A DNA stretch of 64,000 nt from the human T2T-CHM13v2.0 reference genome, Homo sapiens. The stretch lies in assembly GCF_009914755.1 (NCBI RefSeq), contig NC_060935.1, one strand, 5' to 3'. The notes beneath the pieces are model-generated. The model saw only the letters and a list, made by a program, of their open reading frames with translations. It searched no databases and was not told the DNA's origin. The position numbers were made by a program, and so were the translations under genes. How positions within the stretch are numbered: the stretch's first letter is position 1; every line of letters starts with the position of its first letter. Of the stretch, positions 48,380 to 62,660 are shown in pieces.

Positions 48380-49560
48380 TCTTAGGGCACCTTTCTTCCC
48401 TGCTGACTCCTTTCCCCACCCGTTAAAGATATATTTTACCCTAAGGTCTGTCCCTGAGCCCTTGCTGTCACTATTCTCTCTCCCTGAATGATCTCATTGG
48501 TTCCCATCCTTCATTCCATCATCTGTATATCCATGGCTCCTGAACCAGGATCCTGGCTCTGACTGTGCAATGAACCTTTGTCCATCCTTCCAGCTGAATT
48601 CAACACTATTTTCTCCTACTCCACTCCTAGCCTAGACTTACTATGTTGAATGTATTCGAAGTAACAACACAGCAATGTTGTTAAATAAATATAGTGGGGA
48701 AATTTCCTTCCTCTTTTCTCTCAATTATGTCTTCTACTTTTGAATTCCATGATATTAATTGTGGTAGAAGTGTGTGTGTGTATTTGTGTGTGTGTGTGTG
48801 TGTATGTTTAAATTGTGTCAGATCTCCCTAGGAAAGAGGTAAGGTAAAATTAAACCAAACTTTTAAGTCTTACATTACCATTATTCTGAGACTTGAAAAC
48901 TCAGAGTCTCAGTCAATTGTCAAGTGACACAAACTCTGTCTTTGAGACACTTCTTGCGCCTATCTTCTTTCTTCATTTCTGCCATGATTCCCTAGTTCAA
49001 ACCCTGATCCTGTCTGACATGGAAAATGTCTCAGCCCGTGTCCTTGCTGATGGCTCTCTTCCTTCACACCATCCACATACACTGCCAGACCACCTCCATG
49101 AAAGCTGAATGCTGGTCAAGTCAATTCTACTGCTCAAGTGTTCAATGGGTCCACGCTCACTACTGAACTAGTTACTGGATCCCCCTGACATCTACAGCTT
49201 TTCACATGTTTATCCACCATGAATCTCTTTCATAGGCATTTTCTTTCACCCAAAAGGAAGCCCACAGTCGCCAGTGCATGCTCTGGGCTGTTCTGGCTGA
49301 ACCCCTTGCTCGATTGTTCTCTGTACCCAAGACTCTCCTTTAATCCACTCTTCACATTTTGAGGTTCTTTCCATCTTCTAATGGCCAGCTCAGTTCACTT
49401 TGAAGGCTGCCGACTCTCTGCAGGATACAGACTGAACTCCTTATAGAAGGATACTAGGCCCTCTGTTATCTAGCCCAGATATGCATTTCCAGCCACGTTT
49501 CTTATCACTAACTCACAAGCAGTACCACCTTTTGATCCAAACAAAAGGGACTCTGCCTTG
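48380..49560 (+). mobile_element. L2 fragments
   Basis: Pyrimidine-rich L2-type motifs (TCTCTCCCTGAATGATCTCAT, CCTAGTTCAAACCCTGATC). Confidence 0.5.
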
Positions 49561-50289
49561 GCCCCATTCTTCAGATCCATTCTGGGCTTCTTACTACTGC
49601 ACCACATTCCATGGGGCAAGGCATCTATGATGCCAAATGGATGTGTCCTTCCAGTCCCTGGTATCCACCCCTTCTAGACCATCTTCCTAGTAACAGGACT
49701 GTAAGGTTCCTTGCTCAAAAGGCCCCCAACTTATTCCCAGAGTCCATAAGTGTCTCTTTACCAAATCATCCTTGCAAGGGTAAACCATGCTGCTCATGTT
49801 CTCACACCTAGGCCTTATGGGTGGCCAAGGGATGGCCACTTGCAGGAGTGTAAACAGAGCTTATACATTCTTGCTTGGATGTCTGTGCAAGTGCAGTCAT
49901 GTGGGCTAGCAACCAGTCCTCCTCACCAACACTGCCTTCCAGTCTGGAATTCCAAGGATCCCAAGAATTCTTCCTTCCAGATATTATAAAGGATAGTTGT
50001 TAAGGAGGTAGGATAAAATGTGTTTTAGTAATTTGTTATCTTGATTTTTAACTTTTAAATATTTAGGCATATTGTATGTGAGCCTTCATTTATTATTCTT
50101 GCCCTGGGCCCTGCCAATGCCAAAGGCAGGTTTGCTCCTAGGAAGCCTGCTTTCTAACCACACCAAATATTTGTAGTTATTTAACGCCTGGACTTCCTCA
50201 AACCTCAGTAACTTTGCACAGGCTATTCCCTCTGTCTAGAATGCCTGAGAATTTCCTTGTACTTATGAAGCATCCTTCAAGAGGATAAA

Positions 50290-52130
50290 AGGTAAAAATT
50301 ACCACCACTGTTACTGTATATTAACATTGCTCTGGAAGTACTAACCAATACAAGTAGAGAAGAAAAAGGAACAAGAATACGTTAGAGAAATGAGAAATGA
50401 AACTCACATCCTTTCATATTGTATGATTATGCAGTTAAGAAACCCAAGAGAATCAACCAGAAAACTATTTTTAAATGATAGGAAACTATTGTAAGGAAGA
50501 GAGTTATAAAATTAATTTATAAAAATCGTAGTTTTGCTATACACAAATAATACTTGAATAGACCACAAAAAACTCTTTTTAAGATTTAATTTACAATAGT
50601 AACAAAAAGATAAAATATCTGTGACTAGAATTTAAAGAAATACATAGGATGTATATCTGTAAAGTTTAGAGAAAACTCTAAAACTCTAGGAAATTATTTA
50701 ATCAATAAAATAAATACCATAGTTACAGAAAAGAAGATTCAGTTGTAAAAATGTCAATTTTCCCTTAAATTGACAAATCAATTTAATGCAATAGCGTTCC
50801 AAGTACAAACAGGATTTTTTTGGAACTTGATAAAATAATGTTAGAATGCATCTGGAAAATGTACATGTGAGAATGGCCAGAAAAATTGCTACTAGATAGT
50901 AAAATGAATTATATAACTATTTAATTTAAATGTGTGGTCCTGGTTCTAGAAAAGACTACAAAAAAATCATAAATTGACCCAAGTACTTCAGGATGTTTTA
51001 GTATTAGCATAGGATAAGTCTGGAGTTTTAAATAAACAAAACCAGCAGGAAAACAATTTCACAAATAAGTTGCATTAGATCATCTGGCTAGCCATTTGAA
51101 GAAATAAGTAAAAATACAGTCATGCAGTGCATAATGACATTTCAATCAACAACAGACAGCTTACAATGGTGGTCCCATAATATTATAATACTGTATTTTA
51201 GTGTACCTTCTCTTTGTTTAGATATGATTAGATACACAAATACCATTGTGTTACAATTGCCTACAATATTCAGTACAGTAATATGCTGTACAGGTTTGTA
51301 GCCCAGGAGCAATAAGCTATGCCATATAGCCTAGATGCATAGTAGGCTATACCATTTCGGTTTGTGCAAGTACACTCTATGATGTTTACACGATGACAGA
51401 ATCACTGAACAATGCATTTCTCAGAATGTATTCCTGTCTTTATGTGATGCATAACTGTAGTTGATTGCCTCATTCCTTATATCGAAATTAAATTTCCAGG
51501 AAAATCAAAGTTTGTAATATAAAATTGAAATGAAGTAAGTCTCTGGACTAAAACAGGAGATAATTTTTTAAATAATTTTAAATCGAAGAAGTTTCATTTA
51601 ACCATGTTGCAAAGATCAGAATTCAAAAGGAAAAGGATTGATAAATTTGAAATCAAACAATGCAAACCTCACTGCATAGCACACAAAGTAATTATCACAC
51701 CAATGTTAAGGGACAACTGACAAACTGAAAAGTAATTTGCAATACATGCATCAGACAAAGAGCTGGTTTCCTTAATAAACGAAGACCTCCTAGAAATAAA
51801 ATGTTCTAGAAAATCAATCAACCTAATAGAAAAATTCACAAAGGAACTGACAGTTCATAGGGAAAAAATATACATACAAATAATTGTTTGAAAAATGCTA
51901 AACCCTACTCATAAAAACACACAAAACTGCAGGAGCTACCAATGTCCACTATCACAGTGGCAAAGGCTTAAAACTTAATAAAACTTTGGATAAAAGTATG
52001 GGAAAATCAGTGTTCTTGCACAATCTCGTTAGAAGCGAGTTTGACTCGGTGAAATTTACTTGGAGGTCAATTTGTCAATCACGATCAAAAAAGTAAAGTG
52101 AATATATACATTTTGACCCAAACTTCACTT
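50290..52130 (+). mobile_element. Old L1M (ME/MD-like) ORF2 3' region
   Basis: AACATTGCTCTGGAAGTACTAACCAATACAA, GAAACCCAAGAGAATCAAC, TTTTGGAACTTGATAAA. Confidence 0.7.
51117..51457 (+). mobile_element. Tigger3a (MER7-type) MITE
   Basis: TA|CAGTCATGCA...TGCATAACTG|TA terminal inverted repeats with TA TSD, 341 bp. Confidence 0.85.
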
Positions 52131-52146
52131 CTAGTGGTTTATCTTT

Positions 52147-52452
<306 letters not shown>

Positions 52453-52633
52453 CTAGTGGTTTATCTTTAATCCACAAACATGCTTAGACATATGAGCGCA
52501 AGCTTTATTTGAGATAGAAAAAAAAAACAAAATTGTAAACATTTAAATATCCATTAAGAGAGAACTTATTAATAAATTATGATACAGTTATGAAAATGTC
52601 ATGGATTTCTATGAACTACTTTGGAAATACGTC

Positions 52634-52860
52634 TTTAACTTTTATTTTAAGTTCAGGGGTAACTGTGCAGGATGTGCAGGTTTGTTACATAGGTAAATGT
52701 GTGTCATAGGGGGTTGTTGTACAGATTATTTCATCACCCAGGTATTAAGCCTAGTATTCATTAGTTACTTTTCCTGATCTTCTCCCTCCTCCCACCCTCC
52801 ACCCTCCAATAAGCCCCAATGTGTGTTGTTCCCCTCTATGTATCCATGTGTTCTTATCAT
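52634..52860 (-). mobile_element. Short L1PA (PA10-13-like) 3' tip
   Basis: AACTTTTATTTTAAGTTCAGGGGTA...GATTATTTCATCACCCAGGTATTAAGCCTAGTA. Confidence 0.8.
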
Positions 52861-53880
52861 GGAAATATTTCTTAAGTGTAAGAAGAGAAAAGGTACAAAA
52901 CTGTATGATTTCATTTATGTAGAAAAGTATGTGTGTGTGTGTTTTGTGTGTATTGATACTTGTTTATACCTAAGCATTCTTAGAAGAATACTAAAGGAAC
53001 TGTTAACATTGGATACCATTAATTATATTGGAGGTAGAGGAGAGAAACTGTTTTTTCATTTATATCCCTTTCTCCTATTGATAATTTCACCAAGTGGATA
53101 TATTACATTTATAATTTTAAATATCCAGCCTAAAATTTAGGACAATTCAGTGTTGCCTAAGACTGCTGATCCTCCACCCCCACACACGGTTGAGTTAGGA
53201 GATTCCTCTCTTTCAGAGCATTACCCACAGTGAATTGTAACTAGTTACTTACACGTATGTTTCTCCTACCAGCCTGTGCATTCATTGAAGGCAGACATAC
53301 GTTTTATTCATGTTTGTGTCACCTTCACTTAGCATAGCATCTGGCACATTGAAGAGGGGCAATATGTGTTTGATAAGTGAACGAGAATGAATGAATGAAG
53401 CTTTTCCATTTCCACCATCCACATTCAATCTCTCCCTCCTGTGAACTCCTACAGCACTCTGCAGCTCCAAAAATACTTGGCTCACTTCCCCTTAGGAATG
53501 TTTTACGAACCCTCCACTAGACTCCATAAGAACAAAGACAATGTCATTGTCATACCCATCTCCAGCCCAGCACCAAGCATGCTATCTGGCCCCACACAAA
53601 GCCCAGAAGTATCTGTTGAGTTGAACTGAAAACACCAACACTGTTAACGTAAAAATAGGTTCTGTCCTAGGAAAATCGTTCTCCTGGTTCCAAAAAGAAA
53701 TGAGTTCAGTCTTGCCAAGTCTGTTTTAGCAGAATAAAGTCCCATAGCTAATGACAGCCTTTAACTATTGGAAATGTAAAGCCACATTTTTTTTTTCGTA
53801 TGGTAATGCAACAAAGAGGTAAGAAGCGTTTGTTTTTAAGTATCTAATCATTTCTTATTTTTTGCAGCAGGCGAGAGAAC

Positions 53881-54816
53881 ATGACAAAAGGCAATCGTAC
53901 CACAGTGACCGAATTTGTCCTCATGGGATTCACAGACCGTCCTGAGCTGCAGCTCCCCCTCTTTGTGGTGTTCCTTGTCATTTATCTCATCACCCTGGTG
54001 GGAAACCTTGGCATGATCCTGCTGATCAGAGCAGACTCGCGGCTCCACACCCCCATGTACTACTTCCTCAGTCACCTGGCATTCATTGATCTGTGTTACT
54101 CATCTTCTATTGGGCCCAAGATGCTGCAAAATGTATTGGTGAAGAAAAAAACCATCTCCTTTTCAGGCTGTTTTGCTCAGCTGTACTTCTCCGGTGCTTT
54201 TGCCACTACAGAATGATTCCTCTTGGCCACAATGCCCTACGACCGCTACGTGGCCATCTGCAACCCCCTGATTTACACAGCTATTATGACGCAGCGGGTC
54301 TGCGGGGAGTTAGTGATAGGGGTCTATACCTATGGCTTCCGAAACTCTGTGATACAGACAGCTCTGACGTTTCAGCTGTCTTTCTGCAACTCCAACGTCA
54401 TCCACCACTTCTACTGTGCTGACCCCCCTCTCCTGGCCCTCTCCTGCTCTGACACCCACAACAAAGAAAAGCAGCTCATGATCTTCTCTGCAGTAAATCT
54501 CACTGGGTCCCTCCTTACCATCTTCATCTCCTACATTTGCATCCTCTTTTCCATTATAAAAATCCAGTCTTCCGAGGGCAAGTGCAGAGCATTTTCCACC
54601 CGTGCCTCCCACCTCACTGTCGTCACCATCTTTTATGGCACACTGTTTTTCATGTACCTGCAGCAACCAAAAGCGGGGAATTCATGGAAGCCAAACAAAG
54701 TAGTCTCTGTGTTTTATAGTCTTGTAATTCCCATGCTTAACCCTCTTATCTATCGCCTGAGAAACACAGAAGTAAAGGATGCCCTGAAAAAAATGCTAGA
54801 GGGCAAAGAGTTATAG
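53881..54816 (+). pseudogene. OR5E1P: Olfactory receptor pseudogene, 311 codons with one in-frame TGA (54214-54216)
   Basis: ORFs 53881-54216 and 54223-54816 are in the same frame; [27 protein letters not shown]; NAGNAG acceptor TTTTTTGCAGCAG at 53865-53870; symbol from recalled gene order next to OR5P3. Confidence 0.88.
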
Positions 54817-55898
54817 TGAGTGAGTTAATGGAACGCAGCATACTGAAAGTTTGATATATTGACAAGGTAATGTCTCTAATTAAGTTTACATTTAGCAGGC
54901 CAACTGCTGTCCAATCAGGAAGCAAACAGTAATCCAATTTGGGAATTTTAATGACCAAAGTACTGGGTCACTTATTTAACATAGTAATGTTTAATCCAAT
55001 TATCGTGAACTATCAAAATTGACTTACAAGCTAGAATGTCAATAACTGTGTCCTTCATGTGCTGAAGAAGAAATGGCTTACTACCAATTAAATAATAATA
55101 TAAGCTCTATATTAAAAAAGATCCTGAAAAGCAACATTCTGGGTGAAACTATAATTTAACAAAGCTGGGTACAAAACCCACACATGAAAATCGATGTTAT
55201 AAGAAACACTTTTCAGTTTACAACAGGCTGTATTGTAGAGAGTAATTTGTTAGTCTTAGAACATATTTCTTCATAACACTTTGCTACAGACGGTGATTAA
55301 GTTTCAAGACCAGCTTACAAAAACCTTATTTAATCTAAATGTAATTGAAATACTGCATGCTTTAAATAAACAATAGAAAATATAGTATTGCAGCAACAGT
55401 GGGGGGAGAAAAGAACAACAAAAAAAAAAACACTGGGATTCAATTAGATGGGGGGGTTGTTTAGAAAAGAAAGTTTAATTAAAAGAGATAAAGAGAAGGT
55501 TTAGGAAACTTTTAGAGATGTTAAAAATAGTCATTTTTTCAACAGCCAGGGTTCAATTTTTCTAGTCTCTGGAAAGTGGAGCCATAGTGAGTTTTTTGGG
55601 AGGGGGTGAGGGGTGAGTAGGGAGAAAAAGGAATGGAAAGAGGGAACATTTGGGGAAGTAATCAGGCCTGGGTATATGTGAATGTTTCTAAGAAACAAAA
55701 TTATTGTCTTAATTAATTTGAATGATCTAGAGAAATACTTTAGTTTTGCAACATTTTCCATGTTCTTTATTTTTGTTTTCACAGATCCAGCATTCCAATT
55801 TCTTGGAAATAAGGCTATATGAATTCTTGGTGTTTTGGGGGATAGGTGAAAGAAAAATCTCTAATTTTTTTTCATTTAGGCAAAAATATGAGCACTCT

Positions 55899-56212
55899 TT
55901 GTTTTGGGGTTTTTTTTGTTTGTTTTTTGTTTTTTTGAGATGGAGTCTCACTCTGTCACCCAGCCTGCAGTGCAGTGGCACAATCTTGGCTCACTGCAAC
56001 CTCTGCCTCCCGGGTTCAAGTGATCTTCCTCAGCCTCCTGAGTAGCTGGGACTACAGGCGTGCGCCACCACGCCCGGCTAATTTTTGTACTTTTAGTAGA
56101 GACAGGGTTTCACCATATTGGGCAGGCTGGTCTCGAACTCCTGACCTCGTGATCCATCCACCTCGGCCTCCCAAAGTGCTGGGATTACAGGTGTGAGCCA
56201 CTGCGCCCAGCC
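55899..56212 (-). mobile_element. AluS (Sg/Sx-like)
   Basis: Alu consensus; TSD AGCACTCT at 55891-55898 and 56214-56221. Confidence 0.9.
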
Positions 56213-59200
56213 AAGCACTCTACCGTTTTTCTAAGCCTCGATTCTAATACTTCTTTCAAAATAATTCTTAAGGCAAACAAATCTGCCATAAAAATGTTTA
56301 TTTTCCTCCTATTTTCAAAAGTGATTACTGTTAAGTAATTTTTAATGGTTTGTAACATATACTACCAATTAATTACAAGTAAGTTTAAAATTAATCAAAA
56401 AAACTAAGAGGTCCCTGTTGTCCCCAAATTAACTCTGCAGATAATAATATGGGATCTTTGTTTTACTGTTGCTTATAATCAGATAATTTAGAAAAATAAA
56501 AAGTTAAATATTTACAACTTCTCCTACTTAGTTCAGAAAGCCTTTCCAGATAGTTGAGGTATAAGTTGTATCGCTAAGCATTTGAAGATGGAGTGTTGGC
56601 TATGGTTGAAAAGGAAGACACTAGCAGGATAAAGGAACAGAGGGAAGAAAAGCAGGAATTGAGCCAGAGAGGGAGGAGCGGTTGCACAGGTAATGAGCAA
56701 CAGGGGAACAGGCAAAGTGGAGAGGATAATGCTGAGGGATTATAGGAGCCTGGGTATTAGACCAGGAGCTCCCCCTTGAGACCAAGCAAATTATCTTCTT
56801 CACTTTGTACCCCAGCACCTTCTGCAGTTCCTGGCATAAAATAGATGCACAATAACTGTTTGCTGAACTGAATTGAACTCGTTTGTGTTTATTCCTAACT
56901 CTCATGGGTGGGTAGACATGGTGCCCAGCAATGGTCCTGCGGTTTGGAAGTGACAGAGAAAAGGAAGCCAGTGGGGTTATGACTGGAAGACTGTTTTTCA
57001 ATATTCTCATAATGAAACTAACATCCATGAGGTGGGAAGACATACAAAGGCAACAGCGCAACCTGACCAGAGAAAGAGAAGTTGGTACATTGGGAAGATG
57101 GCACGAGCTGGAGCTGTCGACAGACCATAACAATCAACGAACAACTGCTGCGGAACAAAGGTTGCTACTAACTGAGATAAAGATGAACACGGACCAACAT
57201 TTAGATGGAAAATTGTGCTTTCAATCATAAGCCATGTCTATTTCTTAAACTTATTTCTCAAACTCTCTATGTCAGTTTAATTTAGAAAGTGAAAAATAAC
57301 CATGCACTAGATATCACGTTTCAATACATGCCTCTCAGCAAATGAATTCTATTCATGTTTTCAAAGGAATATTCGGTCTAAAAGTTTCATCAGTTTTCAG
57401 TTCTTTTCAAGGAAACCTGAATAAAATGTTACAAGACCTCCCCATAATACCTTCCCAGCTGTTGAATTTGTACACTTGGCTCAACACGCCTCCTTGATTA
57501 CTCTGTAAAACAAAGCATAAAATTGAGAATATTGTATTCATAGATTGCAAAGAATATAAATCTACATTTTACTAAATTTCCCAGAAACTCGAAAAGCAAA
57601 TAGGCATGAGAAAAGGTCAGAATCAGCTAATTTTTGAGCTAATAATTCCTATTTTCTTTTCCCATTGAGACTCAGCCTTATACATTTATCTCCCTGACTC
57701 TGGCCTTATGAAGTAAGAAAGGTCTCAGGTGAAAAATTCTCAAATTAATTATTTGCGTTAAAAAATAGAGTGCTGTATATATGTATAGTATTAATATGAT
57801 AATATATAATCCACAAGAGAAACAAATATAATTATACACCTTTGTTTCCTTATAAAGTGAGGCTGTTTCAGTCAATACGCAGAATAATTACACTAATCAT
57901 TCAGCCCAAAGTAAATATCTTCTGAATATGTAAATGTCACCAAAATAATGGCAGATTTATCAGAATTTAAGACTGCAACATTTTGCTGAAAGTGAAAATA
58001 AACTCTTCTCACATGTAAATAAACAGCGTATTTGTCTTCCTTTGTTAATAATCCTAAAACTGAATGTTATTTGCCAGCATTCGCCACTTAGACTTTTCAT
58101 TAACAAATATGATATGTATCTGAAATACTCATTTGGACATAAAATGCTGAATTTTTCAACTGGTATAGATTTCAACTTCTTATTTCTCTTCATTTTATAC
58201 TCTATTGATTTGTCATGCTTGGAAACATGCCAAATGAATTGTTTTATTATTCCAATCAAAATAAGGAACCATGAGAGGGAACCATATTATTCTTTTCCAT
58301 TTTCTTTCATATTATTTGATGTATTAGAATTTCAGAAATGTAAGCATTTTAAAAATCTCAAATATGTGCCCCCAAATTTTCAACTCTGCCCTGGATGTAT
58401 CATTCTAGCATTCTTTGGTGAACAAGATTGAATAGAAAAGTGCTGATTCAGTGCTCAAGAGTGGCTCCACCTGCAACTAAGTGGTGCATCCACCAGCGAT
58501 AAAGAGGCCACTGATGTCAGAACTTCAGGAGTTTAGGCTCCTGGGAAAGTGACAGATTTAGCCTACTCTTCCTAGCCAGCTTGCTCCAAAAATATAAACC
58601 TTTTATAAATAACTGGAACTTCCATGTCCGGTAAGACAGGAAAAACTAGAGAAGGGAAAAGATCATCTTTAATTTTTAAAAACTAAGTAAGTATCTCTTA
58701 GGCCTTGGCAGAAACTATCCTAATAGAGACAGTTTCCAGAAGGTCTTATTCTGTGGCCTAAAACAAAAATGTTTTATTCCCTCAAGCTTCCTTTTTTTTT
58801 TTTTTTTTTGCCAATAACTTAATAGTTTGTTAGTCAATAATATTACAAATATTTTAAAATTATTTAATATAAATAGTTGGCAGCAAACCATTCCATTACA
58901 GAGTTAAATTACCAGTACAACAGACAGACTGGAGATTTAGACACCTGGAAGATAACAATAAAATAAGCTAAAATATTTAGCAAAAAATTTAAACTGAAGG
59001 CGTTTACCTAGTGTCCATAAAAGCACAAGCTTACTTTCTTTGCTTGGGCGTGTTGGCCACTCAGGCACCTGGACACCTACGAACCTGCAGCTTCTGCTCC
59101 TCATTGAAAGGCAGTCTTGTTTGCCAGCCACGTTGGATGTGGCATGAGGAGAAGGACAGTCAATGAGCCAGCCAGGCTCCAGCACTCTCCTGCCCACCTC

Positions 59201-60019
59201 TGCCTCACCCTCAGCTGGGGATGCTACGTGACTACAGCTTTCTCATATTTAGGCAAGAGTACAGAGAGCTCTCAGGTCCATCTCTGGGTTTCTCCTAAAA
59301 GCTTTTTATTTCATTGTTATTGTCTTTCCTCTTTAGAAAGAGCCACTTTTAACCATTTTTATTCTTATCATGTCATATTTCATGTGAAAGTTATAAATAG
59401 TATTTCACTTATTTGCTTTGGCAAAAGTAGCTACTAGCTTTCCTTAGACATCTTTCAAATGGAGAGTTTAAACTAGTGTTAACTGTAATAAAGGAGCAAA
59501 TTGAAAGGAAATTCTAATTAATGTTGCTTGTGTTGGGGAGTAGTCATTTTATGAAGAAAGGTTGAAATGTCTTCTTAAAATTTTGGACTATCTTTTCTTA
59601 TATTTACCACAAATCACGGATAATTCTCAAGTGTTCACAGTCTCAAAATAGCAACTCTATTAGCTTTAATCTAAGAATACAGTTCTCTGCTCTGCTTTAT
59701 TTAATTAGGTGTTAAAACACAATCTGTTAAGCCTTTATCTCCTGACATATTCCTATTTTCCTATATATTAAATTGTTAAATTTATCAAAAGAAGGCTGTC
59801 GGTATGATCACTTCATTAAACCTGTAACTGACTCCTGATAATGCCTATCAGTCCACACTTTAGACATGTATAATAGAGCACATCAGTAGACACCTGCAAA
59901 CCAAGTAAGCAGAATAAATCATGCTGAGCCTGAAAAAAATGCATGTTCTTGGAGGTAAAGATTTTGCTTACCAAAAATAAAGTATGGTCTCAAAAAGCAG
60001 ACGCTCAAAGCCTGTGGAA

Positions 60020-60220
60020 GCAGTGGTGATGTACTAGGAAGAGGAATAGATTGGGAAACTCACAGTCTGATCTTGAGTCCTTTGTATGCTCTGACCTGTG
60101 GTATCAGTCAAGTGGCTTGACCCGTCTAGCCTTAACTTTTTCATCTGGAAAATGAGGAAAATTGTACCTCAAAGAGCTGCCAAACAGACAAAATAGTCTA
60201 CGGTATGCTAAAACATATTT
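60020..60220 (+). mobile_element. MIR
   Basis: GCAGTGGTGATGTACTAGGAAG...TTTTTCATCTGGAAAATGAGG. Confidence 0.6.
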
Positions 60221-61220
60221 TAAACATTATAAAAGTATAAAGCTTTTATTTTTAATAACCAGACTTTACCATGATTAGTGTTTAACTTTTAGAGTCTTTG
60301 ATTTGAAGTGTTTGGGAAATCCTTGCTGGAAAACGTTTTTATATCTACCTATGTGACAAAATATAGAAGTTGCATACGTGTCCAATAATGCATTTTCTTT
60401 ATGCATGACTGGAAGAAATTAATGCAGCCCATTTCCAACTTACAGGAGTTCTGGTCCCACTGTCTGTTCGCAAGTCAATGATCTGGAACATGGAGACTGT
60501 CCCCTGGACACAAAGTTGTCTTCTTAACTAATAATAAATGTTCACAGACATTTCTTTGACCCTAAACCACTACAGCTCACACATTTCCATAGCGGACACT
60601 AGAAACGTTTTTCTTGTTACTGCTGCAGTTCTGAAAGGCAGCATTTGTCCCCCATGTCTGTGACTGCTCTGAGCTTCTGCTGGTCTCACCCAGCCTCTGA
60701 AAAGACATTAGCGGTAAGCTGTAGGAGGCAGGCCAGGGTGTTCTATGGGGAAGGGGTAAGAGTAAGAGACCTTTTCCTTGGTCTCTGCTTGGACTAGCAA
60801 TAAGCCTGGCAGAAGCTGAGGGAAAGTAGCACAAGAGTTAAGGTTCTGCAGAAGCCTCTTCCCCTACCTTCTTTCCCTTCCTGTGCTCTCTACCTTCCCC
60901 AAGCAGGGCTGCTAGGATGAGAATTCCACCGCCTCTCTAACTCTAGGAGGAGGGTGATGAGGAGCCTGAGATATGAGGATCCAAGGCTGGGTAGGAGGAG
61001 AGAAAAGGGGGCAGGGAAGAGGGCCGGGGAGAAGATGATGTGCTATTCTGAGATTCTGTGGAGATGCTGGCTATTGCTTTACTCTTTTGAGAAAGAGTAA
61101 AATCTCTCAAGTGTTGACGAACCATCCAGGAAAATGCAGTGTTGCCTGTTAGAGTAAATAAAGTAGTTACAGTAGATATGTAACAAAAGTTAACTGAATC
61201 TAGATTTAATCTGCTCCCTG

Positions 61221-61221
<1 letters not shown>

Positions 61222-61256
<35 letters not shown>

Positions 61257-61300
61257 CCCCTCCCTCCCTCCCTTCTTCCCTCCCTCCCTCCCTCTCTCCC
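61222..61300. repeat. (CT)n followed by (CCCT)n polypyrimidine tract
   Basis: Seen directly. Confidence 0.9.
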
Positions 61301-61659
61301 CACCACACCACAGATACTCTATTGGGACCACAAATTCAAAATCCTAATGATTAAATTGATCGTCATCTTCTACTTCACAGCCAACTACTCCTGCTTTCCC
61401 TATTTTTGTACATGACAATTTTCCCCAGTCATCTAGTTCAAAAACTATGTAGTTTCTCCTTATTACCTCATATTTCAAAGAGGAGACAAGACTTATCTAT
61501 TATTCATCTATGCATTCATGCAAGATTTCTTGCACTAATCCTTTTCCTTTTCATTGCTACTAGCAGCTTTATCATTACTTTGCACCTGGACCTCCCTGGT
61601 ATCTCTGCATCTAACCTCTTCACATCAAAGATCCTCAGTAGATTCATGTATGTATAACA

Positions 61660-62660
61660 TATAATAATATCACCATTCCAGATCAGTGAGGGAAAAGATG
61701 GATTTATCGTAAATTAGAGAAAATGCAAGCCACAACACAGTTACTTTTTCTTATACTCTATATCAAAATAAATTCAACATTGATCAGATCTTAAGGTAAC
61801 AAATGAAACCTTAAAAGCGCTTGAATAAAATATTGCTGAATATTTGCTAGGCTTGGAATAAGAAAAGCTTATCCAAGAAAAGAATTAAGTTCAGAAGTTG
61901 CAAATAAAAAGTGTGAAAGATTTGATGAAATCAAAAATTTTAATGTTTATTACAATAATTAGTAAAAAAAAATCAAATGGGAAAATATTCACTATATATG
62001 ACAGAATTAATACAGACAAATAAGATAAATCAGTGAAAGTATAGTTACAAGATATGAATGGATAACTCACAAAATAGGAAATATAAATGGCCTTTGATAT
62101 GCAAAATATTTCACTCTCATTGTAATCAATAAAATACAAATTAACATAATATCATTTTCCCCTTTCAGACTGGCAAAGATGTTAACAAATATTAATAACC
62201 AGGATGACACTGTAGAGAAAGAGGAAACACAGTGTAAATTGGCATAAAATTTCCAGAGGGCACTTTGACAACACTCATCAAAAGCCTTAAAATTAAGCAT
62301 CCTTTGATCTAGCAATTTCCTTTACAATAATTTGTTTGATGAAAGTACTCCAACAAATTCATGAAGATCTGTGTATTTAGCATTTACTGTTAGTGATTAT
62401 AATAGTAAAAAAACAGTATTAATATAAAAAAATCAATGGAGGATTGATTAAATTAAGGATTAGTGACACAATAGCATGTAATGCATCAATTATTTATTGT
62501 TATGAAAATGCTCATGATATATGTGCAAATGATTTCAAATTATGTGTATGATTTTTTTAATTACATATGTGAAATATGTAAAGATACAGAGATTGCTGGT
62601 AGTGGTTGGTGTTGGTTATTTCTGGGTGATAGAATCCCAGACGCTTTTTACTGATTATTT
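61660..62660 (+). mobile_element. Old L1ME-type 3' region
   Basis: TCAGACTGGCAAAGAT, TGTAAATTGGCATAA, CCTTTGATCTAGCAATTTC. Confidence 0.65.

Noticed and set aside
53819-53870. GAG|GTAAGA donor just upstream of the OR5E1P acceptor
   Set aside because: The implied intron of ~50 nt is too short for normal splicing
56621-57230. 170-aa (-) and 99-aa (+) ORFs
   Set aside because: No recognisable domain, partly overlapping L2-like sequence, and no splice or expression support visible
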